A stretch of 64,000 nucleotides of DNA, taken from assembly GCA_026713705.1 (NCBI GenBank), contig JAPONY010000081.1:431-64430 (forward strand), in the 5' to 3' direction. The notes under the pieces are model-generated. The model was not told the origin of the DNA, made no database searches, and was given only the letters and a program-made list of their open reading frames with translations. This document shows positions 52,033-64,000 of this stretch, one piece after another (position 1 is the stretch's first letter; each line of letters opens with the position of its first letter). The DNA is from Gammaproteobacteria bacterium. GTDB taxonomy: Bacteria > Pseudomonadota > Gammaproteobacteria > Poriferisulfidales > Poriferisulfidaceae. Made by a program: the position numbers and the translations under genes.

Positions 52033-53376
52033 GTGTCCGCAATCTGGCAAGGCTGTCTTCGGTACCTGGAAGCAGAATTGACTGAACAGGACATTAATAC
52101 TTTCGTTCGGCCGCTGCACGCCCAAGAATCTCCGACCTCTCTCCTGCTTCTGGCACCCAATATGGTGCTTCTCCAGCAGGTCCGGAACCGCTTCATGGGC
52201 CGGATCGAGAATTACGTTCGGGCGTTCGCCCGTGAAGACCTGAGCATCGACCTGCGCGTCGGAACCCAGCCGTCCGACACCCAAACTCAATCCCCCCTCT
52301 CCGTTCAGGCGGAAACTCCCGCCCCCGACTTTGGCGCCGACCTCAATTATTCCGATCGCCTGTTGCCGAAGTTCACGTTTGACAAATTCGTGCGCGGCCA
52401 CTCCAACGAGCTGGCTTATGCGACAGCCGAACTTGTTTCTCAACAAGCCGGCAACGATGATTACAACCCCTACTTGATCTACGGGGGCGTCGGTCTCGGG
52501 AAAACCCACCTGATGCAGGCGATTGGCCACGCGATCCTGCAGAACCAGCCGGAGACCGGCGTGGTCTACCTGCATTGCGAGCAATTCGTCCAAAGCCTGA
52601 TCAGCGCGCTCCAGCGTAACCGAATAGATTCTTTCAAGGCTTACTACCGCTCCGTCGACGTGCTCCTGATCGATGACATTCAGTTCCTTGCCGGCAAGGA
52701 GCGCTCACAGGATGAGTTTTTCCATACTTTCAATGCCCTGACAGGCCGGCAGCGCCAGATTGTCGTAACCTGTGATCGATATCCCAAGGAGATCGAGGGA
52801 ATGGAGGATCGGCTGAAGTCGCGCCTCGGCGGCGGCATGTACTGCGCGATCGATCCGCCCAGCACGGAAACCCGGGCCGCGATTCTACTCAGCAAGGCGG
52901 AACAGCGCGGCATTGAGCTACCCAACGAGGTCGCCTGGTTTATCGCCGAGAAAACCATCGGCAGCGTGCGCGAACTGGAGAGCGCTCTCTCCCGCGTAAT
53001 CATGCAGGCTAATGTCAGAAGACAAGTGATTGACCTGGATTTTACTCGCCGTTGTTTGAGAGACATCGTTCCTATACGCGACCGCTTGCTCAATGCGGAG
53101 CAGATCAAATCCGCGGTGGCAACGTACTATGACGTGACGAAAGAGGATCTCGACTCCCCGCGCCGCCCCCAGGCGATTGCCCTGCCTCGGCAGATGGCCA
53201 TGAAACTATTGCACGAGTTGACGCAGATGAGCCTGGCCAGCATCGGCGAGTCTTTCGGTGGCCGGGATCATTCCACCGTTCTGTACGCCTGTCAGAAAAT
53301 CCAGAAGCGGCTGGACGAGAACGACGAGCGGACCCAGGCCGATTACCGGAACCTCAAGCGGAAGCTTCTTAATTGA
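52033..53376 (+). CDS. dnaA: chromosomal replication initiator protein DnaA
   Basis: GTG start. 'NPYLIYGGVGLGKTHLMQAIG' Walker A, 'VDVLLIDDIQFLAGKERSQDEFFHTFN', and the C-terminal DNA-binding 'GGRDHSTVLYACQKI'. Confidence 0.95.
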   Translation: MSAIWQGCLRYLEAELTEQDINTFVRPLHAQESPTSLLLLAPNMVLLQQVRNRFMGRIENYVRAFAREDLSIDLRVGTQPSDTQTQSPLSVQAETPAPDFGADLNYSDRLLPKFTFDKFVRGHSNELAYATAELVSQQAGNDDYNPYLIYGGVGLGKTHLMQAIGHAILQNQPETGVVYLHCEQFVQSLISALQRNRIDSFKAYYRSVDVLLIDDIQFLAGKERSQDEFFHTFNALTGRQRQIVVTCDRYPKEIEGMEDRLKSRLGGGMYCAIDPPSTETRAAILLSKAEQRGIELPNEVAWFIAEKTIGSVRELESALSRVIMQANVRRQVIDLDFTRRCLRDIVPIRDRLLNAEQIKSAVATYYDVTKEDLDSPRRPQAIALPRQMAMKLLHELTQMSLASIGESFGGRDHSTVLYACQKIQKRLDENDERTQADYRNLKRKLLN

Positions 53377-53567
53377 GTCCGAGAAAGGATGTGAACGATT
53401 TGCGAACAAATTATGGGAAACCGTGGACTGTTGGCGAAAACCTCTTTTTTAGTCCCAGGCCCACTTCTGTTTTCCACTGCCCGTGAGTTGCATAATTGGT
53501 TGATTCACCTATAATTATCATGGTTATCAACGGTTTTAACCCCCCTTAACAATAATAAATTTAAATC

Positions 53568-54725
53568 ATGAAGTTCACTATTGAACAGCAAACGCTTGTC
53601 GATCCCCTCCGGAAGCTCGCGAGCACCGCCCCGGATGTTGCTTCCCTGAATGCCTCTGTTTCCGGCACCGATGCGGTCAATGCCGTTGCAAGCATTCTGA
53701 TCGAGCCTGATAAAAACGGGGTTCGTTTCACTGCTACGGACAATACCCTGCGTCTAGCGTTTCATATCCCTGTCGAAGGCGAAGACCTCAAGCCATGCAC
53801 AGTGCCAGCATCGACTCTCCTGCACATCTGCTCCAGGTTTCCCGCCGACGCACAAATTTGTTTTGAGCTCGAGGAAGACGGGAAGGCGATGAATCTCTGG
53901 CACGGCCGGAGCCGCTACAAGCTTGTGGTTGTCGACGCAGACGAATTCCCAAGCATCACTTCCCAAGACGATGAGTACGAACTGTCCATGCCGGAAGGCG
54001 TCCTGCGGTCTCTGCTTTCGAACGTTCGATACGCAATGGCACAGAATGACATGCGCTACTACCTGCTGGGAGTCTTGCTGGACGTGGGCCCCGAAGCGGT
54101 GACAGCAGTCGCAACCGACGGTCACCGCATGGCTGTAGCTGAGCACGCGATGCCGACGGGAGTGGAAAACCCAGTCCAATTGATCGTCCCCAGCAAGGGC
54201 GTCGATGAATTAACCAAGATCCTGACCGACCAAGACCAGGACTTGGTTCTTCATTTGGCAGGAAACCACCTGAGACTGGACCTGTCCGGAGACCGATGCG
54301 CATTTCACACCATGCTGGTGGACGGAAAATATCCTGATTTCCGGACGGTGGTGCCGACGGAACGAAAAGTACAAGCCGAAGTCAGCCGGGAAGCCCTCAT
54401 CAAGGCGGCAGAACGGATTACCCCGGTTACGGACGAATTGACGCAGGCGGTTATGTTGACGTTCAAGGAAGGCGAGAGCCTTGAGATTGGCGCCAAGAAC
54501 AACAAGGGTGACGTCGGCGAAGAGATGATAGAAATGACTCTATCACGGGAGTCCGGGGCAGAAGACGAAGTAAAAATCTCTATAAATATCAAATACTTGA
54601 TAGATGCCCTTCAATCCTTAGGCTGTGCCGATGCCGTACTCGGGGTCAACGACGGCAGCAGCAGCATGGTAATCAACCCCTTGGAAGGAAGCGGCAAGCA
54701 TATCATCATGCCGATGAAGGCTTGA
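53568..54725 (+). CDS. dnaN: DNA polymerase III beta sliding clamp
   Basis: 385 aa; 'ATDGHRMAV', 'YPDFRTVVP'; located downstream of dnaA. Confidence 0.95.
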   Translation: MKFTIEQQTLVDPLRKLASTAPDVASLNASVSGTDAVNAVASILIEPDKNGVRFTATDNTLRLAFHIPVEGEDLKPCTVPASTLLHICSRFPADAQICFELEEDGKAMNLWHGRSRYKLVVVDADEFPSITSQDDEYELSMPEGVLRSLLSNVRYAMAQNDMRYYLLGVLLDVGPEAVTAVATDGHRMAVAEHAMPTGVENPVQLIVPSKGVDELTKILTDQDQDLVLHLAGNHLRLDLSGDRCAFHTMLVDGKYPDFRTVVPTERKVQAEVSREALIKAAERITPVTDELTQAVMLTFKEGESLEIGAKNNKGDVGEEMIEMTLSRESGAEDEVKISINIKYLIDALQSLGCADAVLGVNDGSSSMVINPLEGSGKHIIMPMKA

Positions 54726-54731
54726 GCGCCG

Positions 54732-55829
54732 GTGCGGCTTGCCAGCCTGGAGGTTAAGAACCTTCGATGCTTGCGGGAAATCCCGGAACTGTTGCCGCAC
54801 CCCGAATTCAACCTGATCACCGGCCCCAATGCCGCCGGAAAAACAACATTCTTGGAAGCTATCGACCTATTGGCTCGGGGGCGAAGCTTTCGGTCCCATC
54901 AGGCAAAGGAACTGGTGACGAAAGGAGAGAAAGAATACCTTTTGCGTGGGCGGGTCGACTCAGGCGATGAGAAAGAGGGGGCCATTCCATTCACCCTAAG
55001 CCAGCGCAGAACAGACGAAAAACTTGAATTACGCTGCGACGGAGAGCCAATCAAAGGGCTGTCGGATCTTGCCCCTCGGTTGGCCGTCCAGGCAATTCAT
55101 CCCGACAGCCATGCCTTGGTTCATGGCCCTCCGGCCCGGCGCCGCGCGTGGCTGGATTGGGGCGTGTTCCATGTGGAACCTGAATATAGGCGGCGTTGGG
55201 CGTCCTACCAGCGCGCCCTGAAGCAACGCAACGCCGCCCTGAAGAATCGAAACCAAGACCCGGAGGGCTGGGATCGCCCGCTGGCCGAGGCGGGGGAGAC
55301 GCTGACTGCCATGCGCCGGCGGTATCTGGAAGAGATCCGGGATCCGCTGGAGGGGTTTGCGCAGATTCTTCTTCCCGGACTGGACTTGGAGGCGAGTTAT
55401 TTTCCGGGATATGACGAAACAGCAGGGCTTGCGGAATCATTGTCTGCGGGCCTCAAGGCGAGCCGTGAATCCGGACGAACCACCACGGGCCCGCACCGCG
55501 CGGAGCTGGGTCTGGCACTGGGCGGAATGCCAGCAACGCGAATCGCGTCCCGAGGCCAGTCGAAATTGTTGTCCTGCTGCCTGCTTCTGGCACAGGTGGT
55601 ATTGTTTCAGGAACTGAGAGACGAAAACTGCATATTGCTGTTCGACGATCTTTCAGCGGAACTGGATGAACCGCATTTAGAACGCCTTCTCGAGGCGCTT
55701 TCCGGCAGTGAAGCGCAACTCTTCGTAACCCGAATCCGGGACGAGCCGCTGGAGCGACTTCCGGAGGGATCCCGAGGCCATGTGTTCCATGTGGAACAAG
55801 GGCGGATTTCATTGACATCAGGGGGCTGA
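54732..55829 (+). CDS. recF: DNA replication and repair protein RecF
   Basis: 'NLITGPNAAGKTTFLEAI' Walker A, 'GSRGQSKLL' signature, 'LLFDDLSAELD'. Confidence 0.95.
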   Translation: MRLASLEVKNLRCLREIPELLPHPEFNLITGPNAAGKTTFLEAIDLLARGRSFRSHQAKELVTKGEKEYLLRGRVDSGDEKEGAIPFTLSQRRTDEKLELRCDGEPIKGLSDLAPRLAVQAIHPDSHALVHGPPARRRAWLDWGVFHVEPEYRRRWASYQRALKQRNAALKNRNQDPEGWDRPLAEAGETLTAMRRRYLEEIRDPLEGFAQILLPGLDLEASYFPGYDETAGLAESLSAGLKASRESGRTTTGPHRAELGLALGGMPATRIASRGQSKLLSCCLLLAQVVLFQELRDENCILLFDDLSAELDEPHLERLLEALSGSEAQLFVTRIRDEPLERLPEGSRGHVFHVEQGRISLTSGG

Positions 55830-55844
55830 TCAAGGTAAAATTAG

Positions 55845-58262
<2,418 letters not shown>

Positions 58263-58267
58263 AGAAA

Positions 58268-60307
58268 ATGGGTTCGGCCAACCCCCTTCTGGAGGAGCGG
58301 CCGTTACCGGCGTTCGGCCGGATTCTTCCGGAACATGCATGCCCGGCGATCGAGTCAATCCTCGACGAAAACCGAGATCTGATAAAGAATTTAAATCCGG
58401 ATTCGCCAGACGAAGCCTCGCTGTTGCATCCCTTGGAGACAGCGGAAAGCCGCCTGCAGGAAGCATTTTCCCCGATTCAACACTTGCGCGCGGTGTGCGA
58501 TAGCCCCGAGTGGAGAGAGGCATATCAAGCATGTTTGCAGAAAATAACGGAATATAGTACAGAAATACTGCATAATAAAGATTTATATGGATATTACTTG
58601 AATCTTCGGGAGGGTGAGAAATGGCTGGGTTTGTCAGCGCCACGCCAGAAAGAGGTAATTCTTAGCCTAAGAAACTATCGTTTGGGCGGTGTGCACCTCC
58701 CAAAGGAGAAAAAGAAGCGTTTTGCCGAGATTGAGCAGGAATTAGCTGTCTGTTGTGCCCGTTTCACGGACAATGTCACCGATGCGACTGGCGCATGGTC
58801 GCTTTTACTGGCCGAAGACACCCGGTTGGAGGGGATGCCGGCTCCCTATCGCGAAATGCTCCGTGCAGATGCCGAGGCGCATGGTCTGGACGGCTGGCGT
58901 ATTAGCCTCATGCCTCCAAGTGTGCAGGCAATCCTCACCCATGCGAATGATCGAGATCTCCGCCACGAGGTGTATGTGGCATATACAACCCGGGCATCGG
59001 ACCAAGGGCCGCATGCTGGGAAATACGACAATACCGGCTTAATCGAGCAAATCCTTAGCTTGCGCCATGAACAGGCCCAACTATTGGATTTTCCAACGAT
59101 TGCCGATCATGCTCTGGCTACGCGAATGGCCGAAACCCCTTCGCAAGTGCTGGATTTTCTCCACGACTTGATCGAGCGCGCTCGGGAGCAGGCAAAAAAT
59201 GAATGGGAGGAGCTTCAGGAATTTGCCCGAAATGAATTGGGGTTGAACGACATGCAGCGTTGGGATCAAGCTTGGGTCAGAGAACACCTCCGAATCAGCC
59301 GGTATGGTCTGCGGGAGGCGGAACTCAAGCCGTTCTTCGCGGCAGATACGACGATTCAAGGCATGCTGGATCTTGCTGCGGACCTTTTCCAGTTGGAGAT
59401 TTCTCGGCGCGATGATGTAGAAACTTGGCATCAGGACGTAAGGTTTTACGAAATCCGTGATGCGGACGGAGAGCTTCTCGGGCAATTCTATTTAGATCCG
59501 TATGCCCGGCCCCACAAGCACGGAGGAGCTTGGATGGGAACTTGCGCCAACCGTCGCCGCCGTGAAACAGGCACACAGCCAGCCGTTGCCTATCTGACGT
59601 GCAATGGTTCGCCGCCGACGGCCGACACGCCGGCGCTATTCGGACATGCCGACGTGGTCACCCTGTTCCACGAATTCGGCCATGGTCTGCATCACATGCT
59701 GACTCGGGTCGACTGCGCCGGAGTGTCCGGCATCGAGGGGGTGGAATGGGATGCGGTCGAATGGCCGAGCCAGTGGATGGAAAATTGGTGCTGGGAACCG
59801 GAAGTCCTAAATCGTTTTGCGCGGCACTACCAATCCGGCCAATTGCTGCCAGCGGAAACAGCCGGACGATTGCGCGACAGTCGGATTTTCAATGCAGGGC
59901 TGGATCTGATGCGCCAGCTGGAATTTGCGCTGTTTGATTTCCGGCTGCACCTCGAATACCGACCTGAACGTGGTGCGCGGGCCGAAGAGCTTTTGGCTGA
60001 AGTCCGCCGCGAGATCGGCGTGATGGAAACGCCGGAATTCGTACGGGCCGCACACAGCTTCGAGCACATCTTCTCCGGCGGGTATACCGCGGGCTATTAC
60101 AGCTACAAGTGGGCGGAGGTTCTGTCCGGGGACACGTATGCCGCATTCCAGGAAGAGGGCCTGTTCAACAAAGAGACCGCCAAGCGTTTTGCGGACTGCG
60201 TCCTGTCGGCGGGCGGCGTGCGGCCCGCGGCCGAGATGTTCCGGGCTTTCCGGGGGCGCGAACCAAATCCGGATGCGTTGTTGCGGCAGATGGGGCTGGC
60301 GGCATGA
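58268..60307 (+). CDS. prlC: oligopeptidase A (M3 family)
   Basis: 'TLFHEFGHGLHHML' HExxH zinc motif; 679 aa. Confidence 0.9.
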   Translation: MGSANPLLEERPLPAFGRILPEHACPAIESILDENRDLIKNLNPDSPDEASLLHPLETAESRLQEAFSPIQHLRAVCDSPEWREAYQACLQKITEYSTEILHNKDLYGYYLNLREGEKWLGLSAPRQKEVILSLRNYRLGGVHLPKEKKKRFAEIEQELAVCCARFTDNVTDATGAWSLLLAEDTRLEGMPAPYREMLRADAEAHGLDGWRISLMPPSVQAILTHANDRDLRHEVYVAYTTRASDQGPHAGKYDNTGLIEQILSLRHEQAQLLDFPTIADHALATRMAETPSQVLDFLHDLIERAREQAKNEWEELQEFARNELGLNDMQRWDQAWVREHLRISRYGLREAELKPFFAADTTIQGMLDLAADLFQLEISRRDDVETWHQDVRFYEIRDADGELLGQFYLDPYARPHKHGGAWMGTCANRRRRETGTQPAVAYLTCNGSPPTADTPALFGHADVVTLFHEFGHGLHHMLTRVDCAGVSGIEGVEWDAVEWPSQWMENWCWEPEVLNRFARHYQSGQLLPAETAGRLRDSRIFNAGLDLMRQLEFALFDFRLHLEYRPERGARAEELLAEVRREIGVMETPEFVRAAHSFEHIFSGGYTAGYYSYKWAEVLSGDTYAAFQEEGLFNKETAKRFADCVLSAGGVRPAAEMFRAFRGREPNPDALLRQMGLAA

Positions 60308-61068
60308 AGGTCGCGACCTGGAACGTGAACTCGCTTCGGGTGCGTCTGCCGCATGTGCTTCTCTGGCTTGAGGACAACCCGGTAGATGTCTTGTGCCTTC
60401 AAGAAACCAAGGTGGTGGATGCGGATTTTCCGCAGGAGGAAATCGAACAAGCGGGGTATCAAGTGGCGTTTGCCGGGCAGAAGACCTACAACGGGGTCGC
60501 CATGCTGACGAAGCAAACGACCACGGAAGTGGCGGCCGACGTCCCCGGGCTGGACGATCCTGATCGCAGGATATTGGCCGCAACCGTCGGGGATTGGCGA
60601 ATTCTCAACCTATACGTGGTCAATGGAAAGGAGGTCGGAGATCCCAAGTACGACCACAAGCTCCACTGGCTGCAAAAGGTAAAGGAGTTCATCGAACTTG
60701 ACCTGCAGAAGCACGAGCATTACCTGATCATGGGCGATTTCAATATCACGCCTGCGGACGAAGATGTGCACGACCCGGATCTCTGGCGGGAGCGCATCCT
60801 CTGCTCGACGCCGGAGCGGGAAGCGCTGGCAGCGATCAAGGCCGCAGGTTTCGAGGACTGCTTCAGGCGCTTCGAGCAGGAGCCGGAATCATTCAGCTGG
60901 TGGGATTACCGGCAGGGGGCGTTCCGCCGCAACATCGGTCTGCGCATAGACCTTATTCTCGCCAGCCCGGCGGCCGCGGCGCGCTGCACGGCTTGCCATA
61001 TCGACAAGGATCCGCGCCGTTGGGAACGGCCTTCGGATCACACGCCCGTGGTGGCGGAGTTCAGCTAG
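60304..61068 (+). CDS. xthA: exodeoxyribonuclease III
   Basis: Internal ATG 60304 (ATGA overlap with the prlC stop). 'MKVATWNVNSLRVR', 'LCLQETK', 'GDFNI', 'SDHTPV'. Confidence 0.9.
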   Translation: MKVATWNVNSLRVRLPHVLLWLEDNPVDVLCLQETKVVDADFPQEEIEQAGYQVAFAGQKTYNGVAMLTKQTTTEVAADVPGLDDPDRRILAATVGDWRILNLYVVNGKEVGDPKYDHKLHWLQKVKEFIELDLQKHEHYLIMGDFNITPADEDVHDPDLWRERILCSTPEREALAAIKAAGFEDCFRRFEQEPESFSWWDYRQGAFRRNIGLRIDLILASPAAAARCTACHIDKDPRRWERPSDHTPVVAEFS

Positions 61069-61095
61069 GAAAGGCCGGCCTGTCAGGCCGGGGAT

Positions 61096-61845
61096 TCACT
61101 GAAGAACCGAGCACCCGTCTTGAGTGCAGCGGAATACGACGTGGCGGATTCCGGTCAAACAGTTGACCTCGTACAGGTCTTCACCGCCGCCGGACTTGAG
61201 TAGCGACATTTTGCTTTGCTTCAGACAGCCGGCGCCGACCAGCGCCTCCTGGGCTTGGCTGTGGTATTGGCCACGGCGATACTCCCTCTCCAGAGAGATA
61301 TCGGCGAGCGCGCCGTCGGTCTCCTCGATCTTCGGAGCCGTGGCGCGAGGCAATTCCGGTTCGTCGTAGCTCTCCAACTCCACCAGGCCCTCATTCAGTG
61401 CACGCTTGTGGTTGCGCAGGAATTCGTTGATTTTATAAACCTGTTCTACCGCCGTGTCTTCACAGGCCTCCACGTCCGAACAAAATGCCTCCACCTTGAT
61501 GGTGGCGACACCGCCTTCGTGCGAGACCCTCGTGACGCGGTACTGAAATTCGACCCGGTGCCGATCAGGCTCCGGGTTGAAAGCGGTCATGGTGATCTCG
61601 TTTTTCGGGACGACAGAGAAACGGGCATTCTGGTCCAGCCAGGCCCGGGCCTGTTGCCACAGGTAGTCGCATTCCTGCCCGAGATTGCAGGAGACGAAAT
61701 CCTTGGCGCCTGCTTCGATCTCGTTGTCGCCGGTGTCTTCCCCGATGCCGAGGTCGATCGCCGAGAGATCAAGGTCATCCAGACCCACGCCGCATCCGCC
61801 GATCAGGCCGAAACAGAGAAACAGGGGAAGAAGATGCCGCCGCAT
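61096..61845 (-). CDS. hypothetical lipoprotein
   Basis: Lipobox 'LIGGC' after a hydrophobic N-terminus; multiple Cys; no family recognised. Confidence 0.6.
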   Translation of the reverse strand: MRRHLLPLFLCFGLIGGCGVGLDDLDLSAIDLGIGEDTGDNEIEAGAKDFVSCNLGQECDYLWQQARAWLDQNARFSVVPKNEITMTAFNPEPDRHRVEFQYRVTRVSHEGGVATIKVEAFCSDVEACEDTAVEQVYKINEFLRNHKRALNEGLVELESYDEPELPRATAPKIEETDGALADISLEREYRRGQYHSQAQEALVGAGCLKQSKMSLLKSGGGEDLYEVNCLTGIRHVVFRCTQDGCSVLQ

Positions 61846-62011
61846 ATGGATAGGGAGATAAAGAGGGGAAACAGGCCGACAATTTTGCCCGAAAACAGGC
61901 GGATAGGCAAGTCCGGGGGCTTTTCACCAATGCGGAGACATTGGGGGTTTCCGCTTTCCGGCATGGCATCTAAATATTGACCATAGTTATTGACTATGAT
62001 ACGATTTTTGT

Positions 62012-62248
62012 ATGATTGAAATGCAAATCTCGAAATTCAAGGCAACCTGTCTGTCGGTTCTCGACCGGGTCGCAAAGACGGGTGAACCGGTTCTCGTCAC
62101 CCGCTTGGGCAAGCCGCTTGCGCGGATTCTTCCGCTGCCGCCAGGCCCAGCTGGCGATTGGCTGGGCGCCATGAAGGGTTCCGGTGAAATCCATGGCGAC
62201 CTTATCGCCCCCGCAGCGGAATCATCGGATTGGGAGGTGCTCGGATAG
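62012..62248 (+). CDS. Phd/YefM-family type II antitoxin
   Basis: 'ISKFKATCLSVLDRVAKTGEPVLVTRLGKPLARILP'; 3-nt gap to the PIN toxin gene. Confidence 0.8.
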   Translation: MIEMQISKFKATCLSVLDRVAKTGEPVLVTRLGKPLARILPLPPGPAGDWLGAMKGSGEIHGDLIAPAAESSDWEVLG

Positions 62249-62251
62249 CAA

Positions 62252-62647
62252 GTGGCCCTCCTTCTCGACACGCATATCTGGCTGTGGGGACTGCTTGAGC
62301 CCCACCGGCTGACCGAACAGGTCAAGCAGGCACTCGCCGCGGAAACGACGGCATTGCGGCTTTCTCCGATCAGTTTGTGGGAAACCCTGATGCTTGCCGA
62401 ACGCGGTCGCATTACGCTTGACCGCGACCCCTCGGATTGGCTGGACAAGGCAATGAAGGCGTCTCCCGTGATGGAAGCGCCGATCACTTTCGATGTCGCG
62501 GCTGCCAGCCGCAATATCGCTCTGGACCATCAGGACCCGGCCGACCGATTCATTGTCGCGACAGCCAAAATCTTTGATCTCAGGCTGGTCACCGCGGATT
62601 TGCGGCTTTTGCGGTGTCAGGAGATCATGGTCTTGCCAAACCACTGA
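62252..62647 (+). CDS. vapC: PIN-domain toxin (VapC family)
   Basis: 'LLLDTHIWLW', 'DPADRFIVATA', 'LVTAD' PIN acidic residues; GTG start. Confidence 0.8.
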   Translation: MALLLDTHIWLWGLLEPHRLTEQVKQALAAETTALRLSPISLWETLMLAERGRITLDRDPSDWLDKAMKASPVMEAPITFDVAAASRNIALDHQDPADRFIVATAKIFDLRLVTADLRLLRCQEIMVLPNH

Positions 62648-62678
62648 CCGGACCGGGCACATCCCCCGGCAAGCAGGC

Positions 62679-64000
62679 TCAAACAGCCAGCAGGCTGTCC
62701 ATGGACATTTCTGCCGGGCGCTCCAGACCCATCAGGTCCAGCACGGTTGGCGCGACGTTTCCAAGTCCGCCTCCGTCGCGCAACTGGCGTTCGGCCTGGT
62801 CCATCACGACACAGGGAACCGGATGCGTCGTGTGCTGGGTGTGAGGGCGCCCGTCCGCATCGATCATTTCGTCGCAATTGCCGTGATCGGCGGTCAGCAT
62901 CAAGGCCATTTCGTGCTCTTTCGCCACATCGACAATCCGACCGATCTGGGAGTCCAATGCCTCGATCGCCTGGATGATCGCATCTCTTCGCGCTGTGTGT
63001 CCGACCATGTCGGCATTGGCGAAATTGACCAGAATGAATCCGTACTGCCGGCTGCGAATAGCATCGATCACCGCATCCGCGACCGCCTCCGCGCTCATTT
63101 CCGGGCATTGATCATAGGTCTCGACATTCGGTGAAGGCAGCATCACACGCTGCTCGCCCGGCCAGGGCGGCTCGCGGCCTCCATTGAAGAAGAAGGTGAC
63201 ATGGGGGTATTTTTCGGTTTCCGCACAGTGCAACTGCGGGATGTCGTGGCGACTGATGATCTCGGCCAGCGTCACGGCCGGCCGGGCCTCCTCGAAAGCG
63301 ACCGGCACCTCGTGGTCGAGACCGAACTCGGTCATGGTCACCAGTTTCGCCGGGGAATAATTCCCGCGATTGAATTCCGTGAAAATAGGCTTGCCCAGGC
63401 TTTCTGCCAACTGGCGCGGCCGATCATTGCGGAAATTGAAGAACACCATAAGGTCATTGGACTCGATCGGTATGGCCCCCGCACAGACAGTGGGCTCGAT
63501 GAACTCGTCGCCGACATCTTCCGAGTAAGCCTGTCGGATGGCCGCATCCGCATCCGGGGCGGAGGCTCCCTGGCCATGGACGATGGCATCGAAGGCGCGC
63601 TGGGTCCGTGCCCAGCGACGGTCGCGATCCATCGCGTAATACCGGCCGCACACGGTGTCGATGGAACCCACGCCTTTGAGCGCAGCCTCCAGTTCGGGCA
63701 GGTATTCCAGGGCACTTTGCGGCGGCACGTCCCGCCCATCGGTAAACATGTGGACATGCGGCGAGGCTCCTCCGCGCCGCGCCAGCTCGATCAACGCCAG
63801 GAGATGGCGGAGATGGGAATGCACCCCCCCGTCGGACACCAGGCCGAGCAGGTGTACCCGGCTGCCCCGCAAGGTTGTTTCACGGAAAGCCCTCCGAAGA
63901 ATCCGGTTTTCGTAAAACGAGCCGTCGTGAATGCTCTGGTCGATGCGGACGAGATCCTGCAGGACAATGCTTCCGCACCCCATGATCATGTGGCCGACCT
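62679..64000 (-). CDS. gpmI: 2,3-bisphosphoglycerate-independent phosphoglycerate mutase, N-terminus beyond the window
   Basis: 'LVSDGGVHSH', 'YAMDRDRRW', 'NFANADMVGHT', 'TADHGNCDEM'. The frame remains open to position 64000. Confidence 0.9.
   Translation of the reverse strand, partial: VGHMIMGCGSIVLQDLVRIDQSIHDGSFYENRILRRAFRETTLRGSRVHLLGLVSDGGVHSHLRHLLALIELARRGGASPHVHMFTDGRDVPPQSALEYLPELEAALKGVGSIDTVCGRYYAMDRDRRWARTQRAFDAIVHGQGASAPDADAAIRQAYSEDVGDEFIEPTVCAGAIPIESNDLMVFFNFRNDRPRQLAESLGKPIFTEFNRGNYSPAKLVTMTEFGLDHEVPVAFEEARPAVTLAEIISRHDIPQLHCAETEKYPHVTFFFNGGREPPWPGEQRVMLPSPNVETYDQCPEMSAEAVADAVIDAIRSRQYGFILVNFANADMVGHTARRDAIIQAIEALDSQIGRIVDVAKEHEMALMLTADHGNCDEMIDADGRPHTQHTTHPVPCVVMDQAERQLRDGGGLGNVAPTVLDLMGLERPAEMSMDSLLAV

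Noticed and set aside
61070-61096. The GC hairpin GCCGGCC-TGTCA-GGCCGG between the convergent xthA and lipoprotein genes, considered as a bidirectional terminator.
   Set aside because: The stem is short and has no flanking T/A runs. It is plausible but not supportable by eye.

Overview
This is a GC-rich proteobacterial chromosome segment. The dnaA-dnaN-recF-gyrB order and a 14-gene nuoA-N operon suggest a gamma- or betaproteobacterium. Core genes: cyclophilin PPIase and an FAD oxidoreductase; acs translationally coupled to an RND efflux pair; nuoA-N (34.2-48.3 kb, minus strand); a ferritin-like gene; an M23 peptidase plus an L,D-transpeptidase; dnaA-dnaN-recF-gyrB-prlC-xthA; a partial gpmI; tRNA-Thr(CGU) and tRNA-Val(GAC). 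Four visibly AT-richer accessory blocks interrupt the core. (i) 1-3.6 kb: an XRE regulator divergent from a ubiquitin-like conjugation operon (Mub-type Ubl, one-Cys E2, JAB-E1 fusion). (ii) 9.9-10.8 kb: a Panacea/DUF4065 antitoxin with an unclassified toxin candidate. (iii) 17.2-29.8 kb: nine tightly packed co-directional genes forming a type I R-M locus (hsdM, hsdS, hsdR). Embedded in it are a HEPN gene, an MNT nucleotidyltransferase fused in-frame to HsdS, a KAP NTPase, an ABC-ATPase/DUF4276 pair and two orphan ORFs; a DUF4143 ATPase follows. (iv) 29.9-34.1 kb: tandem DUF2799 lipoprotein paralogs, VapBC, a 39-codon relic of a second hsdM, and an ATGA-coupled two-gene cassette (148-aa unknown plus DUF1828/DUF1829). 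The best candidates for an undescribed system are the HEPN + MNT::HsdS arrangement, the Ubl operon and the 148-aa/DUF1828-1829 pair. I recognised no rRNA, CRISPR array, integrase or transposase. All family calls come from motif recognition by eye on the supplied translations; no HMM or BLAST search was run. Many long ORFs antisense to GC-rich genes were treated as shadow ORFs.
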